Source: an uncultured virus (IMG/VR IMGVR_UViG_3300048597_000249) (lineage: Duplodnaviria > Heunggongvirae > Uroviricota > Caudoviricetes). From it: a stretch of 64,000 nucleotides of DNA. Below are positions 19,101 through 29,600 of this stretch, one piece after another. Every line of letters starts with the position of its first letter. Positions within the stretch are counted from its first letter, which is position 1. A program made the translations under genes and the position numbers. The notes beneath the pieces were generated by a model. It saw only the letters and a program-made list of their open reading frames with translations. It did not search any database and was not told the origin of the DNA. The stretch lies in IMG/VR virus record IMGVR_UViG_3300048597_000249, one strand, 5' to 3'.

Positions 19101-20723
19101 ACCATTCTCCCAGTCTGTGATTAAAAATTCCTGTAGCCCATTCGTAGGTGCAATTAAATTTCCGCTAAATTTGCGAATCTCACCTCCTGTTTGTTTTTGC
19201 ACATAAATATTGACACCACTAGCGTTTAAAATCGCCCAATCGTCGGCGATAACATCGGGATAATTTGCTCTGACTCGTAAGTTTAAATCGTCGTCCGCAT
19301 CATAATTAACCAATACTGAAATACCACCATCTTCGGCAATAGCGGTGTAATCAGACCATAGCGAGAGAATGCTTTCTTTTGGGGTGGTGTCAACAATTCC
19401 GCGCAATACAGTATCGTTTTTTTCAGCGGTATCAATAAAAACAATGCCATTTTTATTAACATATAGTTTTTGCTCAGCAGTATTATCCGCCAAATCAAAC
19501 ACGGTCGAGTTACAACTATACCAACTAAAATTTTTAACAATACCAGAACCTTCGCCAATAATTGCAGTGTTTGATAAACCTGCATAAATACGTCGATTAT
19601 TAAATTTGTTGAAAATAACACCTTTTTCAAACAAGGAACCAGTAACGTTGTAATTTCCTTGCGGCGCAATAAATCCAAAATTAATCTGAAAATAACCAGT
19701 GGGAAGTAAATTGTTAAACTCAACCCCCATAAATCGCAAATAAACCCTAATTAAAATTGCTTCATCAGGTTGTAAATAATCAGTTAGCGGCACATATGGC
19801 GCATTTTTAGAGTATGTTTGCACTTGTTCGAGGTATTCAAATGGTGCGTTAGTAATGCTATTTTCAGTGCGTAATTCACCAGTTGTTTTATTAACAACGC
19901 CATAAATTTCGTAAAATACTTTATTGTCGAACAGTTCTGTTCTGTCAATACCACTCAATTGAATAGTTGGCGTGATTCCAGTATTGGGTTGGATAGTAGT
20001 GCCACTATCGTTAACAATATAATAAAGAGTGCTTAACGATTGGTTACCATCAGCGTCGTAATTAACATACTCAACATCTGTGAAATCGGTAATCCCTAGT
20101 AAATTACGAGCACAACCACCAGTGCTATTAATATTGGCAATGTAGGTTGAAAAAGTAGATTTCTGTATCCAGTTACCTAACAATGCTTCAATGATACTCG
20201 TACCATTAGGTGTGGCTGTTGAATGAGGGTTGTATTCGTAAATAGTGTTATCTAATTCTGTAACACCAATACGCATCCCGTAAACTAAATTTGAAGTTGG
20301 CAAATCATAATAATTTTCAACAAATACCGCACTTGTAATTTGTAAATCGTGAGTAAATGTGATAGTTAATGGAAATAGTTTAGGTTCACTGATGTTGATA
20401 TCACCATTAGTATGATTAAAAATGGGGATACGAGCAATTTGATTGAAAGAATTTGGAGTATTGGTATTTGAAACGCCGATAACAAAATGTGTCCATCCTT
20501 CTGCTTCTGTAAGCGCTGTTGAAGCAATATTTATTGTCACACTGCTATTTGCCGGGATAGTAATTGGTGCAGATATTAATAATTGATTTTTACCGACTGG
20601 GTTCTGACCTTGTAGCGAAAAATATTTAGTGGTAGCAGTAAGTGAACCAGCATCGTTGTTTACTGTAATTGACCAATCGGCGGAGTCTAAAACTGTGCGA
20701 CCGTAAGCGAAATGAAAACTCAT
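16143..20723 (-). CDS. Large tail-tip / central fibre protein
   Basis: 1526 aa; two copies of the (T/L)YV..DG.xxNxG module also found in 202..1632; CBM-like WDNATAY segment. Confidence 0.7.
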   Translation of the reverse strand: MSFHFAYGRTVLDSADWSITVNNDAGSLTATTKYFSLQGQNPVGKNQLLISAPITIPANSSVTINIASTALTEAEGWTHFVIGVSNTNTPNSFNQIARIPIFNHTNGDINISEPKLFPLTITFTHDLQITSAVFVENYYDLPTSNLVYGMRIGVTELDNTIYEYNPHSTATPNGTSIIEALLGNWIQKSTFSTYIANINSTGGCARNLLGITDFTDVEYVNYDADGNQSLSTLYYIVNDSGTTIQPNTGITPTIQLSGIDRTELFDNKVFYEIYGVVNKTTGELRTENSITNAPFEYLEQVQTYSKNAPYVPLTDYLQPDEAILIRVYLRFMGVEFNNLLPTGYFQINFGFIAPQGNYNVTGSLFEKGVIFNKFNNRRIYAGLSNTAIIGEGSGIVKNFSWYSCNSTVFDLADNTAEQKLYVNKNGIVFIDTAEKNDTVLRGIVDTTPKESILSLWSDYTAIAEDGGISVLVNYDADDDLNLRVRANYPDVIADDWAILNASGVNIYVQKQTGGEIRKFSGNLIAPTNGLQEFLITDWENGVVVAEIDLPDVEQSFFNPVDNDVAAETGIGNFAADNYRVAHSYYWNGETISDITHSTSLGCVAEALLGGEEVFGGIIYSTKTVIKALTDYYEGRTVYCKETRQQYVYHLTGDFIVDNTYVFQPDDENGYWVSTLYFETHSFPAEIAPTTDDDETLGYKVGDRWLDTVEAKEYTLVDATEGAAIWKEVGGGVKVKDDGVELAEKEFINFGKGFIITENEVDNSFDIEVTPGKILLTEDLELYVAPDGNVENDGLTVETPIPFQTALLRCQNYIYDDYRIVINLEEGSSYEKGTDFSFNAFALPDGANVWIVGSSWVGSFAEPGVTIDYLPIYYAGSADIKIENIKITDCIDIDYTNAVVRIGNVFFDHDVTDRTCIFAGASSRVILFGLVKFGMDSPTAIAEIYDTTFLVTTTFDAGGFDIEPTTSYFQLTRNARLEILFSAITGTGTFVGKRFETLETTCYVKLNGHTLPGDIDGTYVEQVAKTSQLTAENITIDTTNFDNNLTEDDDTVQKALETLDDLIASTSGGHTIEEDGAPLTQRNTLNFVGSGITVTDDDVGEKTVVTISKSGINWLSEWDNATAYLVDDIVKHAGNVYIAVSNNTNKEPGLEPEWDLCVEKGDPGATGTVSAASGLTLEHIATPSDPDAGNTIVYAKSDGKIYKRPAGGSEEEIGSGGGANAYEDLSDVDITGLIIGQTMVWNGTVWIPGTRREVLTTDRTYYVRTDGSDSNNGLTNNSGGAFLTIQKAIDVASSLDLSIYNVVIQIVDGTYILSNSVVLKKLIGSGKGIIQGNSTTPSNVIIEGLTKSCFEIIGTKGTSWVIKDLKVQSTTSSSNTRACLFLSNADCDIDNIVFGAMPGGSFSSRHVTTTNKSLLRIMGSYSITGSANMHLLSEVDSTIDFRDAEAIAPITVTLTGTPSFSNGGFWWCASMGLINCFAGGSGLSFSGSATGDRYIGYYRSLILTNGGSSTFLPGSSSGVLDATSTYA

Positions 20724-20729
20724 TATTTA

Positions 20730-20894
20730 TTACCGAAAACTTTGTTTAGTATTGTTTACTTCTTGTTGTGCGGGAAAAGGTAACACAAAAGTTTGAGAAC
20801 CATATCGAACAACATTTCCACTAAAACTTGTGGTTGGTTGAGCATTTTTAATAATCTGAATTAATTTATTAGTTAATTCTTGATTTATCTGCAT
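20730..20894 (-). CDS. Small tail-region protein, not in ORF track
   Basis: 54 aa MQINQELTNKLIQIIKN..., fills the gap between tail genes. Confidence 0.55.
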   Translation of the reverse strand: MQINQELTNKLIQIIKNAQPTTSFSGNVVRYGSQTFVLPFPAQQEVNNTKQSFR

Positions 20895-20895
20895 T

Positions 20896-22701
20896 TTAAT
20901 TACGGCCAGGTAATGCTAAAAATTCTTTCATAAACTCTTCCATACTACCAGTAAATACACCACTTGAACACTCATTATTAATATTATTAGTAACATTTGT
21001 TAATTTCAACAGATCACTTGGTAATACAGCTACTTCGTCTACCAATACCATGTTTGTATAAATTTTAGTTTTGGTAGGATCTATACATTCAAATGAGTAA
21101 CTAATACTGCGCAAAATACCTCGATATTCATTTGCTATAACAACATTACCGGGATAAGCTTCATAATAACCCAACATAACTAATGTTGTTTCATTACCAC
21201 GCATTTCAGAAACATAATTATAATCTTCGTCTTCTTTAAACTTATCAAAAGCACATCCAATAGACTTACATTCGGGATAATTAACAGAACCAATATCGGA
21301 TTTATTTGCGCTACTTACATTGGCGCTAACAACGTATTTTTTAATATCTCGTTCTGATATTGCTTCTTTTGTGTTTATATACGATGCTTGTGGCGGTAAT
21401 CCCAAAAACATTTCGGAACCACTGATTTTTAAATTATTTTTAAAATCGGCATCTTGAGATGATTCTTGATAACGATAAACTCTATATGTCGATGTAACAG
21501 GATTGCCAGTATCGCTAATAATATCTGTTTTTTCGATTAATTTATTTTCTTGACCAGTGCTAATCATTTGATTTTCAATACCACTAGCAATTGGTGCATC
21601 TGGCGGAACACTTCTTTTACTAAAACAGCGAGAATACATTGCTTTATTTTTCACATACAATGCCGGTTTATAATCAGGATTTCGCACTACTATAGTTTTC
21701 ATTTTTCCGGTTTCTGCATCATAAACATCTTTTGTTATACACTTCGGAATACCATCACCATAGTCAGGTAAATCGCCGAATGATAATAATTCTACTTCGT
21801 TTATCGGCAGATTGAAAAAACGATATAAGGATTTTATGTCGTCGTTATCGCTTTCGTAGATTTCTAAATCTTGTTCTTGTGCGAATCTTGTATATTTAGA
21901 ACCTTTTTTAACATAACCAGCGTATAAATCTTCACGATAATTATACGTAATAGTATATCGCTCAACTGGTCGCCAAAATTGTTCTAAACTAGCTCCGTAA
22001 TAGGGTCTACCATCTCCCAATGCTGTAACTACACCTGGGTCAGATGTACTGTATGCATAGCCATATATAATTACTTGTTGTTTTTTCATTATTCCTTGAG
22101 AATAAGTCGATATCTCAAGTGTTTTAGTTGGTCCAGACATATCGTAGTTCATACCAAAATCGCTAATTACACCACTTTGAGGTGGTTTAGCGGCGGTTTC
22201 AGGATCGTTAATTAATTCAATGTTGTCGCCTGGTATGTCTTGAGTATTGTTTGACTGACCATATGTTAATAATGTTGGAGCTAAAGTATATTCTGGACGA
22301 GGTGCGTTATATCGTTTTTCAACAGAAAGTATAATAGGTTGTTGTAATGTGACAATTACATCTAATTGCGCTTTTGAAAAATCCTTAAGTTGTTTTTCTA
22401 ATTTTTCATATTCTTTTCTTATCACAGGGTCGGCAACATTAAATTCTTTCATGCCGATTTGTATTGTCGAATAAATTGTTTGTTTGACAAGATCTACTTT
22501 GTTGACAATGCTTTGTACGGTAAGCGGTATTATTTTATACGTAAAATCGCCACCAACATCTTGTCGCTGCATACGTTGTGTCTGCAATGTTGTATAGCTA
22601 ATATTTATATTGTTTGGAAAATCTAAACTAATTGTTCCGTTTATAATATTTCCACTTAATCCTGGGAAAGGTGGTAAAGCGCCGCTAATTGTTGATGGCA
22701 T
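20896..22701 (-). CDS. Tail-tip/hub-like protein
   Basis: Position after tape measure; function inferred from synteny. Confidence 0.45.
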   Translation of the reverse strand: MPSTISGALPPFPGLSGNIINGTISLDFPNNINISYTTLQTQRMQRQDVGGDFTYKIIPLTVQSIVNKVDLVKQTIYSTIQIGMKEFNVADPVIRKEYEKLEKQLKDFSKAQLDVIVTLQQPIILSVEKRYNAPRPEYTLAPTLLTYGQSNNTQDIPGDNIELINDPETAAKPPQSGVISDFGMNYDMSGPTKTLEISTYSQGIMKKQQVIIYGYAYSTSDPGVVTALGDGRPYYGASLEQFWRPVERYTITYNYREDLYAGYVKKGSKYTRFAQEQDLEIYESDNDDIKSLYRFFNLPINEVELLSFGDLPDYGDGIPKCITKDVYDAETGKMKTIVVRNPDYKPALYVKNKAMYSRCFSKRSVPPDAPIASGIENQMISTGQENKLIEKTDIISDTGNPVTSTYRVYRYQESSQDADFKNNLKISGSEMFLGLPPQASYINTKEAISERDIKKYVVSANVSSANKSDIGSVNYPECKSIGCAFDKFKEDEDYNYVSEMRGNETTLVMLGYYEAYPGNVVIANEYRGILRSISYSFECIDPTKTKIYTNMVLVDEVAVLPSDLLKLTNVTNNINNECSSGVFTGSMEEFMKEFLALPGRN

Positions 22702-23269
22702 TTTTATAAATTCCTATATATTCTTCTACTATATCTAAATAATTTTCTGTTATTGGGTTTATTGTAATAGCTAAATTAGCGTAAGAATTATTAGTGGCGA
22801 CATTTAATTTATCGACTAAATAATTATATCTACTCAACTTTGAGTTAATGAAAATAGATAATTCGTTAATAATATTTTGAGAAGTTGTTGTGAAAATAAC
22901 TTTATTTTTTAAATTTTCGTAAATTTGCTGTATTACTATATCGCTAAAATTAATGCCATCTTTATAAATCAAACTTAATATAGTGCTACAGTAAGTGGCG
23001 TATTTTTCTTGTGTTGCGGGATATTCGTTTCTTAATAAAGTTAATTGATTTGTTATATCGTCATCTATGTCTTTATTGGCTTTTGTAATATATATTTTAA
23101 TGGCGTTTAAAATACGCAGTAATTCGCGATAAATTAAAAATAATTGAGTATTATTATTATTTTTAAGATTATAATTCGCTTTCGGCAAATAATTTTGTTT
23201 TTTTAAAATATAACTGGGTGTTATATAATTTGTTTCGTAATAAATAACATTATGATTTATATTAAACAT
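22685..23269 (-). CDS. Hypothetical tail-region protein
   Basis: 194-aa ORF in tail operon. Confidence 0.45.
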   Translation of the reverse strand: MFNINHNVIYYETNYITPSYILKKQNYLPKANYNLKNNNNTQLFLIYRELLRILNAIKIYITKANKDIDDDITNQLTLLRNEYPATQEKYATYCSTILSLIYKDGINFSDIVIQQIYENLKNKVIFTTTSQNIINELSIFINSKLSRYNYLVDKLNVATNNSYANLAITINPITENYLDIVEEYIGIYKNAINN

Positions 23270-23671
23270 TTATAATAACTCTATTTCGCTTGAGAAAAAA
23301 GTTAGGGGTACTTGGGTTGTGAGAATGGGTGACGGTAATCCAAGTCCTGGATCGTATGCTTTGCCAACTTTTAGAACAGGTCGCTCAAAATAACCCAACC
23401 AAAAACTTTTTGGACCAAGTGTATCGATAACTTGTAACGGCACACCATCATTTAAAGCGACTTCTGCCAGACTGTCTATATACTCAACCACACCAGGTTG
23501 CAATACCCAACCATTTAGTGTAAAACCTAGTGTTCCATAACCAGGATCTAATATTGGTACAGTGTTCGTAGCAACCATTTGTGATTTGCTACCACGATCA
23601 AACATCGTATAATCTTCTGGGTAGCCATATATTTTAGCTCCACCAACCTCTATGTAACCAAATCTCATCAT
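23270..23671 (-). CDS. Putative distal tail protein
   Basis: Overlaps the tape measure stop codon; synteny only. Confidence 0.4.
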   Translation of the reverse strand: MMRFGYIEVGGAKIYGYPEDYTMFDRGSKSQMVATNTVPILDPGYGTLGFTLNGWVLQPGVVEYIDSLAEVALNDGVPLQVIDTLGPKSFWLGYFERPVLKVGKAYDPGLGLPSPILTTQVPLTFFSSEIELL

Positions 23672-26600
23672 ATGGTTTTCGCCGCCTCCGTAAATAAAGC
23701 TAATAGATGAGCATCAATTTTTTTCGCCGTATCTTCGGCAATTTGTTTGTCATCCTTTGTACTTATTGTAATCTGTATATTTGGCTTTACTTCAACTTTA
23801 GCACCTTCTTTGTTAGGATCTTTTTTCTCATTTTTTGGGTCACCACCTTCTTTCATTGCTTTATAATATTCTGCAAGTTGTTTTGGATTATTCGGCGTAC
23901 CTTGATTATTTTTCAACCAAGCCATCGCAGTTTCTTGTTGTTTCTTATTTTTAGTTTGTTTTTCTGTTAAACCCGCAAATCGTTTTTTATCTTCTTCTTC
24001 GGTTGTTGTTGTTTTTTTATAGCTATCTAAAATTGGTTGAACAGATTTACCTTGTTGTTGAGCGCTAGATACTTTATGTAAAAAATCTTGTGTGGGATTT
24101 AGTTTACCAGCTTGAACAAATCCACCTGTACCGCTAATAACACCTTGTAAAAATTCTTTGTTTTCTGGATTATTAATTAATTGTTGTGGTAAATTACCGT
24201 AATTAGACGTTTTTGGCGCAGAGCCACCCACTGTGGTATTGACTTTTGGCAAAGAGCTACCCGCACTACTGCTATTTGGTATTTGTCCTGTCATGAAGTA
24301 TTCTTCGGTAGAATTTAGTTTACCCGCAGTGACAAACCCACCCAATTCACCATTTTTACGTTTATTCTCAAAGTTGTTGAAAAATTCACTATTGGCAGGA
24401 TTACCGCTTAGTTGTTCAATAACGGTTTTAGTTTCTTTTAACGTATTCGCCATTTCTTTTTGTACATCTAATTGTGTGGAAAGTAGTATATCAGTCGTAC
24501 TTTCTGTTTGCATCCCGGTATTTATTAAACCAGCTTGGTTTGCAATATCGGCAACTACAGCGTTAGATTCTGCGCTGTAATCAGTTTGAACACGGTTTAC
24601 GTCAAATCCTCTGGTGTTAATATTTGGCGTATCATCCATTCCAACTCGTTGTCCACGGATAGCAATAGCTCCTTCAGTGGTTAATGTACCTCGTTCTAAA
24701 CGCACATCTTCCAGCGCTCTAGTTTGGCGATTACGCATAGAATACTCATCGATAGTATTTTGGTTACTATTTAGCGCTTTCTGTAAGTCAATCAATGGTC
24801 GTTGTGCTAATGTGCTCTCATATCCTACTTGAGCACTTTCACGAGTCGCCGAAGCCATCATTTTTTGCGCATTGGTGCTATTGGGATCAGCTAATACTTG
24901 TTGTTCTTTTATCGCCGCTTGTTGCAATTCTGCACGAGATTGTACTTCATCTCGTTTTTGTTGAATTTCAAGAATTTTAGTTTGGATTTCTTGTTGTTTT
25001 TTCTGTATCTCAAATGCTTGTTTTTCCAGTTCAATTTGACGCATTAAAGCACGTTCTTTTGCTGCACCGTATGATTTTTCATAATCCGCCAATTGTTTAC
25101 TATTCTTAACATTTTCGCGCAACCAACTCATATCAGAATCACGATTTTCACTACCAATTTGTGAAACATTGGTAGCTTGGTCAACTGCTTGAGCTAATTT
25201 TTCATAAATATTAATTTTATTATTTAGCGCATTTATAGAACCAGTAATAGAAGTTGTTTCTGTTGTCGCAATAGCTTGGTAATAAGTTGACAAATTATCA
25301 AGTATTGCAATTACTTTTTGTGCGTAGTTTTGTTGCTGTTCGTATCTAGATTGCAACAAATTCGCTTCTATTTCTGCGGTGTAACCACCGTATTCTTTAA
25401 CGATTTTTAATAAATCCTCTTGTGCTTTTATAGTGGTTTGAATATTAGCATCATTTTGGTCATATTCCATTCCAATGCGGTCGTTGTCAGACATGTTGAC
25501 AGAACCATTAGCAACAGCTAATTTCATTTCGGCGGCACGTTTTTTATATTCGGCGGTAATATCTCTTGTTTCTATAGCTAACGCATCTTGCCGTTGTTTA
25601 ATACGTTGTGTAAACTGTTGATTTAATAAACTAGTTAACTCTATTTCGGCGTTCATTATCACTTCTGGACTTTCGCCATTACGTTTCGATGTGGCGATTT
25701 TACTACGTTGTCCAGCTATTTGTGCATTCAATTTATCTTGTTCTAATTTTTGAGTTTTATCTAATACTTCTTTTGTTAACAAATATTCAGATTGCTTTAA
25801 TTCTTCATACGCCGCTAATTCTTGATTTATTTTGGCTATTCTATAATCTGTTGTTTCGTCAATATTTTTATATTCAGCAACTTTTCGCTGATTTATTAAT
25901 TGCAAATATTCGTTTTGAACTTTATCAATCAAACCTTGGTCGACTGTACCAGTGTCATCAGCTTTAAGCGTATCTAGTTGTTTCTTCTTCAGCGCTATAG
26001 ATTTATCTAATGCTTCCATTTCTAAATTTTGAATAGCTTTAATACCTTGTTCTGTTGCTAAAATTTTTGAATCGCGCAAAGTTTCATAAACTGATTTTTC
26101 AACCCCAATTCTATTCAGACGTTCTTCGTGGTCAGCAACTTCCATTGCCGCAATAGTTTGACGCATATTTTGATCCGCCAACAATCCTTTAATCATGTCG
26201 TCAGCTTGTTCACCCATTATTCCTTGCGCTTCTAGAGCACTTTTCATCGTACCTTTTACAGAATCTTCAAATTGTTTTGCGGTGGTTGTAGCGTCGGTAA
26301 AACCAGATGCGGCATTGCTTTGAATTTGCGCCGCAATATCAGGAACTAATTCTGCAATTTTTTGAGATGTATTTCCAGCTTTAGTAAAATCAACATTATT
26401 ATCTTTTAGTAATTGTTTGTATTTTTCAGGATCTTCTTTTTGCAGTTTTAACAATTCTTCTTGTGTCATCCCACCTTCGCCAGTAAGTAAATTGGCAGTT
26501 CTGGCAAAATTAGTAGTAATATCAGCTAATTCTTTTTGTTTGTTACCAGTTAAATTTATTGCTCGTGTTGCATCAGGATTGTTGGAACCATCTACGTCAG

Positions 26601-29600
26601 AACGGTTTTTGAGATAATTTTGAACAGCATTAAACGCTCCTTCGATATCCTTAACGGCTTTAACACTTCTATTTAATTCTTCGCTTTGTTTCTGATACGT
26701 GGTTAGCGCATCTAATGCCGCTTTATTAGAATCTTTCTCTAAAATGGCACGGTTTTCTAATAATTGATTTAATTTTTCTTGTTCTGCTTTTTCTAATTGT
26801 TTACCTTCTAGTTTTAATTTATTTTGTTTGTTAATTAGATCTTCAAGTTGTTTTTGTTGATCTACGCTGAAATTAGTAGCAGTTGCGATAACTTTTTTTT
26901 CAGATTCATTTGTGGAAACGTATTCTTCACCCTTTGCACTTCTATTTGCACGTTCTCTTAAATAAGATTCGTACATTTTTTTATCATTTTCACTCAAGGA
27001 TGTTCTATTAACTGTGTCGCCAAGAGTTGCTTCCGCAACTTTACCATAATCACCAACATCAGATTGTAATTGGTCCAAAGTTCGACTCATTGCCCCTTTG
27101 GTTTCATCTATTGTTCGATCCACTAACTGTAGATCATCTTTGGTAATAACGCCTTTACCCATTACGTCTTTTAAGGTGGTGGCAACATTTACCATTTGTT
27201 TATCATTTTCTTTGCCGATATTTACATCAGCGAATTTACCACCAGCGAGTACATTGTTATAACGATCTGTTTCTTTTAAATTTTTGTTGATTGAAAATTC
27301 TAACTCACTACGACGATCTGCCAACATTGCGCGAGCTATGGTTTTATCGGCTTCACCGCTGACTCTATACCAATAATCGCTAATAGCATTTGTTAACGTG
27401 TTACCAAGATTTTTAAAACCATCTTCTAAATCTTTACCAGCCTTATCAATACTATCTAACCAAGCTTTTTGGTTACCATCAGCTTTCGTCATTCGAGTAT
27501 CGGCTCTTTCTTTTACTTTACTTTCATCAATTTTCAAACCGTTACCCATACCAAAAGGTACTTTGTCTAAAACCATGTTGACAATTTTGGCTAAACCCAT
27601 TTCCAACAAGTTTAAGAAACCCGCAGTTATTTTCGGCAACATTAAAAATGGCTGAATTAATAATTTCACAGCACCAGTAGCTAATTTAGCGAACCCTGCT
27701 AAATGTCCACCTATAGTATTAAATGTTTTTTCAAAAATAAATTGCCAATATTCGGCCGCATTTTTTACCGCTTCTATCAATGCATCTGTTATTGATTTAA
27801 TTCCAGTATCTTTAATTTCTTCATCACTAAACCCAGCATTTTTTAACAAATCTTTGGCATAATTTGTATTCTTTTCGTTGAAATAACCAATTGCGCCAAC
27901 AAGCGCTAATATACTAGCTGCGCCTGCTGTAGCCGCACCAGTTACAGTAAATAAATTTTTAATTAAAAATTTACCAGCATCGATAGTTTTAAATATTGTA
28001 ATCTTTATTACATCAAATGTTTTTCTGAAACCACCTTTAACAGACTCTAAAGTATCGTCAAGATTGTTAAATACATCCTGTAGAGCATCTACAGTTTGCG
28101 CAGTTTCGCCAATGTCATAACCACTTAGTTGCGAAGAACTCATCCATTGTATAGCGGCATTATTTTGTAATCGACCAACTTGACCTTTAAATTGTTTTTT
28201 ATCTTTATTTTGCTCGTAATAATCCATTGCACCACGAGCATTTCGTTCTTTAGTTTGCGCTTCTTTGCTATTATCCGCAGCCATACGACTAACACGAATG
28301 TCGTCATCATCATATCTGCCCAACATTCGAGCATCACGATTTAATACATTTCTATTTCGCGCCAATCTTGTTTTTTCCCGTTGGCTTAGATTTCCCTCGC
28401 CTTTACTCAATAAAGCATCATTTTCTGCTTTTAGCTTTTTAGCTCTTTCTCTTTTACGAGACTCTACACTATCGCCATTTTCATTAGTTGCTTCAAGACG
28501 ATTTATATTATTACGCTCTCTTCTAGCTGCTGCTATTTTTTCACGATGTTTTGATTCCTCATATGCTATCTCTGCCAATTTTTTAGGATCAGTTACACTT
28601 TGTTTCTCTACCGCTATATCAGCCAATCTCCTTTCCGCTATATCAGCTTCTTGAAAAATATTCTGTTTTCCAGTACCTTTACCAGCACGAACAGCAGCAA
28701 CTTTTTCATACATAGCAATTTCTTTTTCGAGTTCTGCCATCGTATCTTTATGCGCCGCTGCTTTAACCGCTCTTGTTTGAGCTTCACTATCAATTCTTTT
28801 TTTATCAGCTTTGGTTAAATTATCTTTACCCGCTTTCTCTAAATCATAAAAACCTAAAAGTTGACCAAGCACTGCTAGTACTTTTTTTACCATAGATGTA
28901 TTCTGATCCCACAACATATTATTCGCTTTTACAACCGCATTTTGCTCACGTAACATTCCCACTATTTTAAAAAAGTTTTGTGCTAATTTTCCTGACGCAA
29001 TTAACCACATTCCATAAGCGCCTAATAATTTACCAAGAGTACCGATTAAAATACCGAATATACCATTCAGTGTTTTTAACGCCAATTGCATTTCGACGAT
29101 TTTTAAAATTACATCGCCATAATTTTTCACCAAATATTCAATACGATCTGCATACGCATCAATTCTCTCTAATCCCTTTGAAAAAAGTGGAGTTAATATT
29201 TTGCCGAGTTTTAATCCAATTTCACTTACTTTATTTAACGCCTGACTAAATTGCATTACTTTGTCAGTGTCGATTTTAATATTGAATGCTTCTTCCAAAT
29301 ATGACGCCGATGTATTTGCTACCTGGTCAATAACATCTTGCAAACCTTTAACATCTTTTTTCAACAAACCGAAAATACCACGCACAGCTTCTTGGTCACC
29401 GCCCATTACTTTTTGCCAAGATTCTTTACTTCCGCCGATAGCACGATCAACATCCGCAATAGCTTGTACAAATCCTTTGGTCGCAACAGTACTTGAATCG
29501 AGACGGACAGCTTGTCCATCAAGCGTTGCGTTCATTTCGGCGAGTCTATCCGAAACAGTACCAGAAACAATTTTGTTATAAACATTCTGCAAACTGGTCA